DNA of 45,480 nucleotides, counting the filler, from Sphacelaria rigidula (Eukaryota), in the NCBI GenBank assembly GCA_964200075.2. It is 2 parts of 2 records of this genome, joined end to end, with 100 filler letters (N's around TTAATTAATTAA, not from the genome) between each part and the next. Parts side by side here need not be neighbours in the genome. Positions count along the whole stretch, not along the records: positions 1 to 22,692 come from CAXNAA020000317.1; 1 more part is not named here. One strand, written 5' to 3'. Position numbers and translations under genes: made by a program. The notes beneath the pieces were generated by a model, which saw only the letters and a program-made list of their open reading frames with translations, was not told the DNA's origin and searched no databases. Positions 1-13,107 of this stretch are shown here, one piece after another; positions within the stretch are counted from its first letter, which is position 1; the number at the start of each line of letters is the position of its first letter.

Positions 1-361
1 ACTGGGTCTGTATACATGTGTAACATCAGTCAGTCTCTGATATGTCACTGCAAAGGAATATCTCCCACATATTGACCATATATTGTCCAGGGTGTGAAAA
101 AAATATATATCCTGTTGCATTCTTTTTTTCTTGGTATACTTGAGCTTCTTCTTTTTTGCGCTATGCTGTTTTGTTTTTCGTTTCGTTTTACGAAAAACAT
201 AGCACGATTGGAATTGCGTGAGCGTCTCTCTGTCGTCGAGTCGTGTTGTGCTATCTTTGGAGTGGTCGATTTTGAGAGTTTATTTTTTGTTTGCCAGGGT
301 TCCATACACTGGTGCAGAGTGAGATTGCTCCAGCAATTCGTTTTGCGGCCTTGCACCGTCT

Positions 362-364
<3 letters not shown>

Positions 365-418
<54 letters not shown>
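365..418. repeat. (CA)n microsatellite
   Basis: Perfect CA dinucleotide run; it explains the spurious CV/HT ORFs. Confidence 0.97.
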
Positions 419-420
<2 letters not shown>

Positions 421-770
421 CATTGATTGATAGATTGCCGCACGTGAACTGGCCCCCGGGAGATTCAGCCCGGGATCACAACATGAACGTACCGTAACCC
501 AATATTGGGCATCATTAGTCGCAGGATTGTCGGTCACTTATCGGTCAGGCCCGACAAATCCAAACGCAGGTGACGAGTCTCTGCAGGTGCTGGCTGGGGT
601 TCAAAAGACACCGTGATACCCAACGTAAGGTCAACGCTTGAGGAAATTTTCGTTAAACGCCCCCACATTATGAGAGGGAGTAACACTCTTCACTAGCGGA
701 AGACCCCTCCGGTTGATGCTGATATTTGGTGTTGATTGCTGTTGGTCATGTTGATGTCCATGGTTGTCAG

Positions 771-915
771 GTGCCGGAAGGATTCACGATCTCCGGAGAA
801 GCAACGACCAGGCCTGCTCCAGCGGCATCAGCGCCAACAGATGCCGCCAAGGACAAGAACGTCGATGGCGACGCCAGTGTTGGTGCTGCTTCCGGCGAAA
901 CTGGGAACGGCGCCG
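771..915 (+). CDS. Penultimate exon of a gene entering from the left (possibly SUMO-activating enzyme subunit 2 C-terminus)
   Basis: ttgtcag| acceptor and G|gtcagt donor; 145 nt (phase 0 to phase 1); encodes VPEGFTISGEATTRPAPAASAPTDAAKDK... Confidence 0.6.
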
Positions 916-1668
916 GTCAGTATCTTTTTTTTTTCTTCTGGATTTTCATCATCGTGTGCTCCAATAATCGAATAACGAAGAAAGGAGAAAGAAAAATGTG
1001 ATCTTGGCAGCATTTTCACCATGCGCAGTGGCTATCACAATGACCCGCTCAGATGATGCGGCTGCCGTCCTCCATGTACGCGTAAAAAACTGTTCTGAGA
1101 AATGCGTTCCAGGGTAAAAAATCAAAATGAAGTGCATCGAACATGCAGAGGCTGGTTTGCTCCGGGGCGACTCCGAAATCCGATGTTTTGAAACACTTTG
1201 CTTTTGTCAATTCGTAACGCAAACCCCAGCCCGAGAGCCCCAGAGAGTCCAAGCCCAAGGCTTGTCAAAGACCCTCGGGTAAAGGGCACAGTGCATATTC
1301 TTCTGGTTGCTCAATTCGGCACATCTTGTCGTAGAAACGATTTTCTTTTTGGATTTTTTTCGGGTACTGACCTTTCCCTATTTCTCAGATTTTGGTGTTG
1401 GATGTTCACCGTGATGAGTCATGGGATCCGAAATGCCTGGGAAGATCGCTTTCAACCCGAAATTTATCCGTCCAAATGGTTATGATGATACTCTCAGGCA
1501 ACCATTGCTACTGAGTGATGGTACTTCTGTGTTGAGCAGGGTAATGCCTGGCAGCATTTCCAGGGGGCAGACGGATATTTTCCGCTGTTCCTCGCTTACC
1601 GTGGGTATTGAAAATTTCGCGATGTTTCAACAATCCCTTTACCGCTGAATGACTGTTTTGCATGGAAG

Positions 1669-1943
1669 GAAAATATGGCGACGACGATGACATGGTTGAG
1701 GTCATGGATGACGACGTTGTGTTCATGGAGAACAAACACGTCCCAGAAAAAGCGAAAGAAACGACCGCCGAAACGGAGAGACCGGAAGGCGAGGGGAAGG
1801 AAGAATCGGCCGAAGCTTCAGCAACTGGAATTTCAAAGAAGCGACCGGTCTCTACGATTGCAACCGACGGTACAGAGGCAGAAAAGGAAGCGGCGCTGGT
1901 TGAGACCAATGGGAACGGCGTATCTAAGAAGGCCAAGACATAA
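1669..1943 (+). CDS. Terminal exon: acidic low-complexity tail with basic NLS-like motifs (SAE2/UBA2-like tail, tentative)
   Basis: Phase-1 aag| acceptor compatible with the preceding exon; DDDDMVEVMDDDVVF, SKKRP, SKKAKT*. The PEGF..SG + DDD..EV + KKR pattern recalls plant SAE2 tails (from memory, not a search). Confidence 0.55.
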
Positions 1944-2961
1944 ATAGGGTACCTCGTCGGATTTCGTGACGGTCTATTTCGTGTGGTCATGCGATAGCTG
2001 TGATAAACACGGTGTGACGTCCGGCACCAGGCAAGCAAAAGAAGCCGTGATTCAAGAACCCTGAGACATGACTTTCGATTTTTTTTTGTCTCGTGTGCGG
2101 CGGCCACGCATTGGTTCCCGTCGATTAGGGTCCAGCACAGTTTTGCAACGCACAGAGCAGTCAATGTCATTGTTCGTACGAGCACGCAAATACGGTGGGT
2201 TTATCTGTCTTTTGTTGTAGCAGGGACTGTGGAGTGGCGTGGCGCTGTCTGTTTCCTCAATCACAATTTCAGTACCTCTGTCAGTTGGTGGATAACGGTA
2301 CAGTACGATCGTAATCATACGCTTCTTGTTTTCTTCGTGTGTCTCGGTGATGTCTCATTTCAGGGTCCAGTGTGTATTTAGGCACACCGAAGCGACCGCG
2401 TTTCGTAGGTGTGGAAATAAGTAGACAAGGATAGCGAAGCGCTCCTCGTATCGTGCAGGGATGGCCATGGTCGTCACCGCGCCACCGAACAACCTCCGTA
2501 TGCAGCCGCTGCTTGCAAAGTACGTACTGTAGTACATGAAATGAAAAGAAAAAACGGAAATAACAAGGATGAGAAGAGCCAGGCATGCGCCGTGGTGTGC
2601 TTGGCGTACGGACCAAGGCGTTTTCTAGTGTTGTTTGCCTTCTTTTGTCAGGGTGTTCCGTCAAGCAACACGCTAGCACGCACACAAGGATTTGTGTTCA
2701 ACGGAGAACCAAGCAGTAGTAACGGTCCTTGCCGTGAAAACTTCCCTGACGAGTACTAGCAGCATTTTGGAAATGGTATGGCTATCCCACGTCTAGTTCT
2801 CGACTTGGATCGGAACTCGCTCGGTTAACTCGTAAAAGCAGCAATCGTTTTCACACCCGCGGCATGCTTGCTGGGGTCCCGACAGTCTCATGGAGGATGG
2901 CAATATCGTAGGCGAGGAACACGATTGGAGGACGCCAGAGCGTAGAAATGATTTCGCGTGT

Positions 2962-3406
2962 AACACGGGATCTTACAAAATTGGGGATGGATCATTTATT
3001 GGGGATGGAAACCCGGAGGATTGAAATCTTCGTATCCGCCCCAACTATTCGAAATATGGTTCCATTCCTTCACCTACTGATGGCTATTGACAACTGCTAC
3101 ACGCCATAGAAATTTGGATTTCGAACACCGAAATGTTGGGGTCCTAGGTGAAAAAACAGTTTTGCGGAATTCCGGGTGTCCGAGCGGGCGCCAAAATGGT
3201 TCCGAAAGTTTTTTTTTCACCTAAGACCCCAACATTTCGGTGATCGAAATCCAAATTTCTATGGCGTGTAGCAGTTGTCAATAGCTATCAGTTGGTGAAG
3301 AAATGGAACCATATTTCGAATATTTGGTGCGGATACGAAGATTTTAATCCTCCGGGTTTCTCATCCCCAATAAATGATCCATCCCCAATTTGCAAGATCC
3401 CGTGTT
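2962..3406. mobile_element. Foldback/MITE-like long inverted repeat (~195-bp arms, ~55-bp spacer)
   Basis: 2962-3156 is the near-perfect reverse complement of ~3212-3406 (AACACGGGATCTT...GGTGAAAAAA / TTTTTTCACC...AAGATCCCGTGTT); GTGT on both flanks. Confidence 0.85.
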
Positions 3407-5479
3407 GTGTTTATTTTTTGGGCAATAGGATCGCAGCAGCCTGCCATGGTTGAGCAGCGAACTCGAGTTTTGTTTTGGTGCAGTCTAGGTTGGGTTTGCG
3501 CAATGTTGATATTCATGGCGATTGCTCGAGCAGGATGGCTGCGCCCTGTAAGCATTCGTATCTCGCTGGCGGCACCGTCGATTCTTACAACAGCGGAGAT
3601 GCATACGCGATTGCAGAGCAGCTACTACTGGCAGTGTGCAAACATCACGAGGAGAGGGCACGAGTTTGAGTATGTATGTGGTCACGGCCTAGCGGGTGCG
3701 GACCCCGTTGTTTGCGTGGATGCGTGGTCTCATTCGCGATAACAACGATTCCCAGCCCCTGGCGAAGGAAAAAAGGAAAAAACAAGACAGCTGGCGCACG
3801 GGCGCAGTAGGGGTTGACCACGAAAAAATGGTTTTCAAAAGTTTTTTCTCAACTATATCGGCCATGTACTTGCCATCTCTGATGGTTTTTTATGATCGAA
3901 CAATTCAACAACCGCTTTGTACAGCACCAGTTTCGGCAGCTTCCTTTCTATACTACACGAACTGGGCCAGCAGTAACCCGTATTTGCTTTTCACACCACA
4001 ACTGATCAAGTTTACCAAAGCAGCCCGACTTGAGCATATGGCCGTGAGCTGCAGACCAACAACCTGGTAACCCACGGCAGCGCCGCTGAATGAAGAAAAA
4101 AAGGGGGAAATGTACTGCATTACAGATGACCTCAACGACGGGACAAAAAAATAGGAAAGTCGGGATTCGAATTCGTGACCTCCATAACTGGAGTCTCCTC
4201 CACCACTTGGATTGAAGGGGCGCAGCGGTGTCACACAAAATGTCCCCGCCTGCGCCAAATTTGAGGTGTTTTCGGCTGAATGTTTCCCAAAATCTCCTCG
4301 ACGCAAATGCCCACAACGTGTAAGAAGGTGCCGCCGTATATCTCAAATGGATTGCTCTGCTTCGCAGTCGCGCTTCCAATCTTCTTTTTTCCTTTTCCTT
4401 TGTTTGGCTACTTGTCATGTATCGAAAAAAATATCACTTGTTGAAAAGTGCTTTTTTGACCCCTCTCCGTCGTTTTTGCCCCGAAAAGAGGGCTCAGCGG
4501 ATGTTGGCACCTGAGACCGTTCCAGAGCACCTTTGCGTTTTCCGTAGGTCATGGTGTAATGCGTGAGAAGACCGCGTGCTCAGAGGACCGCACCGTAGCT
4601 CGAAACACCTCAGTATCGACGTTTTCCAAAACCTTCTGTATAAGGACCGCTGAAAGATTCCCGGAAACTTGAATCGTGCTGCACGATTGAAAAACACTTG
4701 AAAATATTGTAGCACGACTCTGTACGATACGTGTACGAAACGTGGTCCAATCGTTTTCGTGCCAAAAAAGTGTACGATTGAGTGTCCGATTCAACGCCCC
4801 CTCTAAATTGCCTATAATACGCTCCGTGGCATCTCTTCGCGTCCCCCGTCGGCACCTGTCGTTTTTGCTCGAAAAAATGTGGTGGGGTGGACAACGGGGG
4901 ACGGGAGCACAAACGTGGCGCATTTCATGATCATCACGCCAAGGGGGGCCGAGGAAGCCGCCAAGGGGGGCCCGTGGGTGCTAGAATGTGGGCGCGGGCG
5001 CCACAAAGCTACATCTGCTTCGATTTCTCTCGTTTTTTTCGGTGATGGGTAGGGATCGGTCAGACGCACTCCTTGTGTCAAATTTCAGGGGCATCATAGT
5101 TTTCGGGCCCGCGCACAGGTGAGGTGTTTCTGTACTGCTGTAAATCTTTGCTTGAGGTTTAAAAATCGGCATCACCTCCGATTGCCTTCGTTTTTTTTCG
5201 AGAGCTTTGTTTGAAAAGGGCGCACACGCGTGCACAAATTCAGGCCCGACGGGCAGCGTGGTGAACGCCGGTGCAGCAAAATGTTTACACTTTGGGCTAA
5301 TAGTTGTGCCATTCAACACTGCATCTTGCTTTAAAAATCGAAATCTGCCCAGATTTGTTAAAAGATGAGTGCAACCCGACACTTTGGTGACGAGATATTG
5401 CTTGAAACGTGCTCGAATCAAGGAAGGGGTGGTGCTATCTAACGTACAATCGAGCCATTTTAACCATGACGAGGGACTA

Positions 5480-7930
5480 AAAACGAGGTCCTCTCACAGG
5501 ACTCAAACACAAAAAAAGCGTAGGGGCGGCTCTCAACACACTATAAGGACCACATTCCCTTCGGTTTCGGACGGTGGGGGTATGTTCCGTTGCCCGCAAA
5601 CGAATTTTCAAATTCTCAGGTGCGCGCCAAACGGCCAGCCGCGTGGCCGAGCGGCCGAGAGAGCAGCACGCGACCCGCGAAATTGGCACGAGCAGAGACA
5701 CGGAACAAGCACCTTTCGTCTCCGAAGAGCACTGGTCTCGATCCGCTGCTGTCTCGCTGCTCCGTTGCGGTCTCCCAAGCTGTGGTGTGTGGGCTGCGAG
5801 ATCGGGTGTGTGAGGAGGGTGAGAGAGGGAATCCCTCGGATAGGAAATGCGGCGGGTTCAGGGAGAAAAATTGTTACGCTTCGGGCGGGTTGCGGCGGAA
5901 CCACCAACTCAGCCACTACTCGACACCAGGTTTCTCCGTTCGACACCGGAGTTGTTGCTATCGGTTCGTGCTGAACATAGCTAGCGCATCAGGACCAAGA
6001 CACGTCGTGGTAGAGCGTATGCGGAGCGAGGGGGCGGCAGCAAGAGCAGGTGGGTTTGTACCTTTCTTGGCCTTTCGAGACAGCACGGGAGAACGGGACA
6101 GCACCTTCCACCAACCATGCACCCCGTCATGGCCGATGTCGGAGAGGAACTGTGGAATGGGCGTGTACCTCTCACCGACCACGCCAACCCCTTCTCAACC
6201 AACGTCAAGCTGTACCTTCCACCAGCTATGAACCCCGTCTTGGCCGATTTCGGGGCAGCACGGGGTGGTAGCGTACCTTTCACAAACCACGTACCCCTTG
6301 TTGGCCGAATTCAGAGTAGCATTGTACACTGGGAGTGTACCTCTTGCCGCTACTGTTATACAGCCCCCCCCCCACACGAGCACATGGGGGGAGGTCTGCG
6401 TTCAAAAAAATATTCGAGCGGTCATGGGGGGTGTACACACCGGGGCCGCCGACAAGGCGGGGATGGGTGGTATCTAGAGTATATGTCCAGTCAGAAAAGC
6501 AGCTGCGTCGTAGAAAAATGAGGTTCGCGTACAGGCCGCAGAACTAAAAACCCAGGCGCAGGAAGTCGTCCTACATACAGTAGGAGCGCTCTCCTGTCAG
6601 TTTTAGGCCGTGGGGGATTGTCTCGTGATCCACACAATCGCTTCCGTGTTCTCAAATGCGCGGCAGCCGACCGTGTGGCCGTAGAGAGCAGTGTACACAT
6701 GCAGACGCGCACAACTATCGAAGGTAGACACGATCACTCACACAAACACACACACCTTTATCCTACTCAAAGCTTAGTCGTCGTCCTCCGCCGCCTGTCG
6801 CCTTTGCCAGTGTTTCCCCTCGAGCCCGTGGGCTGGGCTGCGTGTACGGCGGGTTGCAGAGGGGGTCCCGCGGATGGTAATTGCGGCGCGTTCAGTGGGA
6901 AAAAGTGTCGCGCTTCGTGCGGTTTGCGGCGGAATCACCAAATCAGCGATTACTCGTCACCAGGCAAGGTACGGTAATTGAGGAGGTAGGGAAGAGGTAC
7001 ACTAACCCCTATAACCCACCGACAAAAGGTAACTGTGTGAGGAGGTAAGGCTGAGGTACAGCTGACCCCTTTGATCCGCCAGCAAAGGTACGACAAGCGA
7101 GGAGTACAGCTGAGGTACAGCTAACCTCTAATATCTGTTACAAAAGTACACTGTGTGAGGAGGTAGGGATGACGTCCAGCTGACCCCTACGATGAACGAG
7201 GAGGTTTAGCTGGGGTACAGCCGACCCCCGATATTCGCCAGCAAAAGGTACGATGAGAGATGAGGTACAGCTGACCCTTATAATCGGCCAAAAAAGGTAC
7301 GATAAGCGAGGAGACAGGGATGCGGTACAGCTGACCCTTACAATCGGCCAACAAAGGTACGATAAGCGAGGAGACAGGGATGGGGTACAGCTGACCCTTA
7401 CAATCGGCCAACAAAAGGTACGATAAGCGAGGAGGTAGGGATGAGTACAGCTGACCCTTGTAATCGGCTGCGTCGGAGAAAAATGAGGTTCACGCATAGC
7501 TCGCAGAAATAAAAGCTCAGGTGCAGAAAGTCATCCTACACATTATAGAAGCACATTCTTCTTATCGGCTTTAAACCGTAGGGGAACGTCTCCTGTTCCA
7601 CACAATCGCTTCCGTGTTCTCAAATGCGCGGCAAGCCGCAGGGGAGTGGACGACAGCGTACACATGCAGACGAGCACTCCTGTCGAAGAGAGACAGGACC
7701 ACTCACACACACCCACCTCGAGTCTCCTCAAAGCTTGGTCGTGGTCCGCTGCTGCCGATGGCCTTTGTCAGTCTATCAGTCTATCCCTTCGTGTCCGTCG
7801 GCTGTGTGTGAGCGAGGTGGGAGAGGGGATCCCGCAGATAGAAATTGCGGCGGGTTCAGAGAGAAAAATTGTTACGCTTCGGGCGGTTTGCGGCGGAACC
7901 ACCAAATCAGCCACTACTCGACACCCGGTG
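5480..7930. repeat. Composite repeat: three copies of a ~450-bp unit (~5480-5930, 6502-6965, 7467-7930) with intervening short repeats
   Basis: Shared blocks such as cacaatcgcttccgtgttctcaaatgcgcggc and ttgcggcggaaccaccaaatcagccactactcgacacc. Confidence 0.85.
6980..7470 (+). repeat. ~60-bp tandem minisatellite, ~8 copies
   Basis: Unit gaggaggtagggatgaggtacagctgacccttacaatcggccaacaaaggtacgataagc; related inverted copies at ~6100-6310 and ~9215-9250. Confidence 0.9.
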
Positions 7931-8319
7931 CTCCGTTCGCACCGCAAAAGTCGATTGAGTTTGAACATGTCCTGGCCATACGCACCACAAAAACACCACA
8001 AGCAACCAACTCATCAATGACGGGTCGAGTCTGGACGGGGGGGCGTACTCATTTGTTGCTTGCCTTAGTCATTTGACCATTGACCACGCATCCCTTTCGA
8101 GACGGAGCACCGTTCCTACTCCTAATAGAGACACCTCCAACATTATGGCGCCCATTACTTTCAGACGACGGGGGGAACGAAGGAAATTCGGCGCAGACTG
8201 GAGCAACATGAGGACAGAAGCAGAGAGGAAGGGGCAACAATACGTATAACAAATAATCACATGTTCCGCTGATGTGAAATGGTGCTACTTTCCGGACGAT
8301 TAGTGTGTGTGTCTTTTCA

Positions 8320-8770
8320 TGAGCATAAACCGCGCTAACCGGCTGACCATGTGTGTGTGTGTGTTTTCTTATTAGCGTAAACCGCGCTAACCGGCTGACC
8401 AATGAAAATACGTCAGTCTCAGCGGGTTTCAAACGAAAACGTTTTCTAACACGCGGAAGAAGCCACTGATGCAAAGAGTGGAGAACAGCAAAAGGGTTAT
8501 TTCAAGCCCGGCCGAAGCCAGGATATCATTCTATGCTGCATCTCCCAAATTGAAAATCGTACACTCCCAAGATCCAGCAGTCATCGTGTCAACGGCCAGA
8601 GTCAAAAACATGAACAAGTACATTATCGTAGCTCAACGCAAGCCCTCGCCTGAACCTAACAAGCCGTCTGTGTATGTGTGTGTTCTCATGTTAGCGTAAA
8701 CCGCGCTAACCGGTTGGCCAATGAAAAAACGTCAGTCTCAGCGGCTTGTAAAAGAAAACGTTCTTCTAGC
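8320..8770 (+). repeat. Short dispersed duplication (taaaccgcgctaaccggctgacca..., 3 copies)
   Basis: Copies at ~8326, ~8378 and ~8697; the latter two extend through acgtcagtctcagcgg. Confidence 0.8.
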
Positions 8771-11700
8771 ACATAGTGCCTTCCGAAGGAGTACACCGGG
8801 ATGAAGAGAAGTCAGATATTCTACTAAAAGCAGCACCCTCAAGCGAAATATTATCGACGTTGTGTGTGTGTTATTTTATTTTAATTGAAAGAAACAGTCA
8901 ACATCAAAGAAAGAACTGCTCTATGAGACGGCACTCACGGAGCGCCTCTTATTCAGAGGGTACGGTCCTTTACAGAGAAGGTTCATTATGCCGGCCGAGT
9001 ACAAAAACTCTTTAGATTCCCTAAAAATACAAAGTAGCCCCCATGCAAAACTCTGCAAGGTGTTAACAGCAGAACATATTTGTTACATTGATTTTTTGCC
9101 AGCAACATGGCGCGTGCAGAGAGAGCATCGCGGAACAAGAGGAAGCAGCAACAGCAGGTGGGTTTTTATACCTTTCGTGGCCAATTCCGGGGGAAGACGG
9201 GATGTTGGGACGACAGCACCTTCCACCAACCATGTACCCCTCGTTGGCCGTGGAAAGGCAACCGTAGAATGTAACAAGCGCAGCAGCAGCAGCAGCGGCA
9301 GCAGCAGCAGATGTGGTGCCGGAAGCAGTGGCCGGTATAGTCGATGCAGCCGCCATCGCACCGTCGAGCCGTCGGTCACCCCGGTCACAATCCCGGTCGT
9401 TGCCTCCCGCCCCCGGCGCGACCAGTTTTCCCTCCTTGCGTTTGTTGACATGTCCTATGTGTGATAGGAGGAGTAGGGGGTTCATCACCGATACCTGATC
9501 AGAGATAGAAAAATGGTGAAAAATCGAGCCGAAGAATCGCCTATTGTCGAGTCAGCTCATCAAGACAAAAATGCGACTTGTTGTAATCACAAACAATGGG
9601 AAAGGTTGTGTCTTTCCTTTTTTTCTCCGTACGAGAGTGAGGCGACCGGTGGGTACTCATCACCACACCCCCCCAAAGAGATACCTTGCGAACCTGGGAG
9701 CTAGCCTCCTAGATTCACTTTGGTTTCTGATGTTATTTTTGGAATTGACGCGTGTGGGCCAAGCACACTCGCGTGCAATTTGGTTTGGCATCAACAAACG
9801 AAATGGCGACGACTTAGATAGATATCAATTTTCATGTAGGCTTGCTTTAAAAATCGGGATATCGAGATCTTCTCAGACCGACTCTGGGTAGGTAGTGTTG
9901 ATGGAGATCTAGGAAGAACACGTTGGATATGTTTATTTTTGCCAACGGATGTTTTGCGGCCGAGAATTGAGCAAAACGTGTACACGCAGTTTTCAGAGAG
10001 AGGTACCCCGACCTCTTATTTTCGGCCGATGGGGGGTTTTGGTCAAACATAACGTTTGGAGGGGGGTGGGAGGGGTTACACACGGAAAGTAATATCCACA
10101 TACAAGTACGCACGCACGGAAACGAGAGAAGTCAGCAGGCGCGCTAAAACTAATTATCGCACGCAGGAAGACACCTTGATACCATAGGAATGGAATCCTA
10201 CCATTTCTGCCTGCTGTGGTGGCAGCTGGTAGCCCGTATCGTCGCTTCTTCTGTTGTCCAAAATGCGCCCCTGGCTGGTCCGTCAGACACGCGCACACAC
10301 GTTTACACGAGAGAGACGGACAAATATACCTTTGCAGAGGCATTCTACTTTTCCCCGAACGCTACAGCTCGGCAAACACCCCGTCCTCGCCGGAAGCTCC
10401 AACCTCGCGCCCTTATCGGTCCCACTGTTATTTGGCGGCCCCGGCAGACATGCTCTTGATTTCTTTCGTTTGATTAGACCGTTGACCATTGCCTTTTGAT
10501 TGGAGCCAACGTAGTAGGCGATTCGTTGCAGTTCGTTAATACAGTTTCCCCACAGACACACCTCATCGCCAAAGGTACAGTCTGATCACCTTTCGAATTC
10601 ATATAAAGGCTCGGTCAGGAGCGCGTTTCGTCCCGACAGAGAGCCAAGGGAGGAAGGGATTATCGGGAAAACAACAAGCTCCGCAAAACAAGATGCACAT
10701 GGAAAATAAATAATTTTCCGATGAAAACATTTAAAACGATCCCGGTTACAAAATATTCGTTTTGTTTTTTGTTTTTTGGAAGAAAGGAGTTGCACGATGG
10801 GGCGGGAATCACGGTGCCCCGTGGGGTCCGTTACCGCGAAGGGTCCAATTCTGCCCGACAAGTCTTCAAACAACGTGGGTATTTATTTTATTTTATTTTA
10901 TCAACCAACTCAGAGTGGACCCGGGACAAAGTTTTCAAATAATGCTATACCCATTGCCCTCGGGCGTACAAGGCCACGTATACGCTCCACGGATAGTGCG
11001 TGATTGCCAACTCTATCAAATTGCGGTCGACAACTTCTGCATGCGTCTTTACGTTGTTTTCTCGCCCCTCGTCACCATAAGGCCTCTGCTTCGTTGCGCT
11101 AATGTTCTGTGGTCAACCAACGCTGATAATGCCAGCGACGCATCGTCCTCCGACGTCAGACAGGGAAAGCGAAAAAAAAGTGGTGGATCACCATGTCTGC
11201 CTACCGCCCGCAGCATCATGCCGGAACCACAGAGTTTGTCCCTAGAGGGCATGAAAACAGAGCGCGACCGAGCACAAGATACCGCGTTGCGGTGCATGAC
11301 TACATCCATCAAGGACAGACCGAAACCAGTACGCCATTCCAACACAACAAAGGCATCCACAAAATCAATTTCGAGCGGGAACCCACGACACCCCACATTG
11401 ACCCGTCCAAAATAAGTCATCGCAGAGCGGGCAGCCGGTTTCCCCACACAAATGACACCAAAATCATGGTCCACTACAATCAAAAGCACGTGCGCCGCGC
11501 CGAATCTCTTCAGCCTAGTCAGCGACTTTATCCTGCCCCGTTCCTTGGGTCGACGAATGCGCCAGCCTTTGATCAATCCCCGAGACAGCTACTCTACAGA
11601 GCGCATATTCTGCGAACGCCCGGATGAAAAACGTTGCGCTCTGGTGGCATGAACACAACCATACTACATCAACACGCGACGGCCAACCCCCTGTTTTGTA

Positions 11701-11791
11701 GAGGAGGGGAAGCACGTCGTCATTGACGTGAATTCAACCCCTCGTCCAAGAACAACGAAATATGCTTCGACAGATCGATGGTGCGTTCGAC

Positions 11792-11989
11792 TCACATACT
11801 CGCGAACGTGTCACTGTTGCATTTCCTAACCCATGCGCACTCTTCCCCTCGCCCACCCCTGTCAACGAGCTGCATGATGGTGTGGGAACTGCAGAAGGGA
11901 GAACTGCCCCGCATTCCATGCACCTCGAACTTCTTTATCACGTCCTTAAGTTCGTCGTAAGCGAATCCTTGCAGAGGGGTAGGCCTCTC
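11792..11989 (-). CDS. ROCO last exon
   Basis: ttcag|ERPTPLQGFAYDELKD...MQLVDRGGRGEECAWVRK...*. Confidence 0.82.
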   Translation of the reverse strand, partial: ERPTPLQGFAYDELKDVIKKFEVHGMRGSSPFCSSHTIMQLVDRGGRGEECAWVRKCNSDTFASM

Positions 11990-12218
11990 CTGAAAAGAGG
12001 GATAGCGAAGGAGTGGGTTGAGAGAAAAGGTCGGAAAGAAACAAATGGGGCGCAGTCTTTTCGCGCAACGCGTTGCCTGTCGTGCAACGGTAGGGCGACC
12101 GTCCATAGTATTGGGCTCGGTACCCACAATTACCTAATGGGAGATTGCGTGCTTCCTATCCGGACGGCCTCCGACAGACTCCAACGTAACACACCGCAAG
12201 CGCAAAAAAAAGCCTCAC

Positions 12219-12503
12219 ATTTCGTGTCCCATGCCCGTGCGCAGCAGCCTGCCGGAGCAGGTCCGCCGGCCTCTCGCTGTCTAGGTTCTCCCCGGCGATG
12301 CTCGCCATCGCCTCGACGCCCGAGCTAAGCGACTCCTCGACTAACTTGGACAAGGCACCGCCGGCTTTCGTCCCGAGCGCAGCCTCGAAGTTTACCAAAG
12401 GAAGTGCCAGGCCGCTGCACACGTTGAAAGCAATCGTAGCGAGAGCCAGCCCCACCTTCGCGAACGGCACCGTCTTCTTCGCCCAGTCCAACAACTCCTT
12501 CGC
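12219..12503 (-). CDS. ROCO C-terminal exon
   Basis: 285 nt, phase 0-0; AKELLDWAKKTVPFAKVGLALA... Confidence 0.85.
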
Positions 12504-12881
12504 CTGATCATACGGAGGAGGGTGTGGGCATCAGATGTCTAACTGAATTAGACCGGTTTCCCCGCAGAAATTAGTTTGAGGATCCAAACTACGGGTGCTT
12601 TCAAGCTACCACACGCCCTGAAAGCTACCCAAAATGAAACGACCTGAGAACCCCATCCGCCTCTTCTTGGAAATAAAATCACCAAGTACAGGGACGTGCA
12701 CAATTGAGAGAGTGAAGGGATGCTCGCATTGCTCAAGAGAAAAAAAATGTTGAAGTTGGAAAAAAGCGATAGATAGACATACGTAACCGGCCGTTGCAGT
12801 AGTGTGTTGTACAAAAAACAAAAAAATACCATCAAAGCGTTGCTTGTTGAACTGATTTCCCCGGCAAGGAGGGCGACTCAC

Positions 12882-13107
12882 CTCGTATCCTTGCCCCTTG
12901 GGCCCGCACTCGGCGAGGCTCGTGTCCTGCGCGCATAGGAAGAAAGCACGCAACTCTCGCGTCGCTTTCCCCTCGCCTTCTCGTTTCCTGCCGAGGCACC
13001 ACTTCCGCAGTCTGGCCGACCATTCATCGAACGGTCTTTCTCTTTCCTCGAGGAGTTTATCGCTCGCGGGGGCGGGCAGCACGCACACCAGGCGTGGGAT
13101 CGGCCAC
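12882..13107 (-). CDS. ROCO C-terminal exon
   Basis: ctcag|G TGG...; WPIPRLVCVLP...FFLCAQDTSLAECGPKGQGYE|gtgagt. Confidence 0.87.

Noticed and set aside
6980-7470. Possible CRISPR-like array
   Set aside because: The units are wholly repeated with no unique spacers, there are no cas genes, and the context is eukaryotic.
10470-11700. Several 140-220 aa ORFs downstream of the ROCO stop
   Set aside because: No recognisable domain or consistent splice structure in any frame I read.
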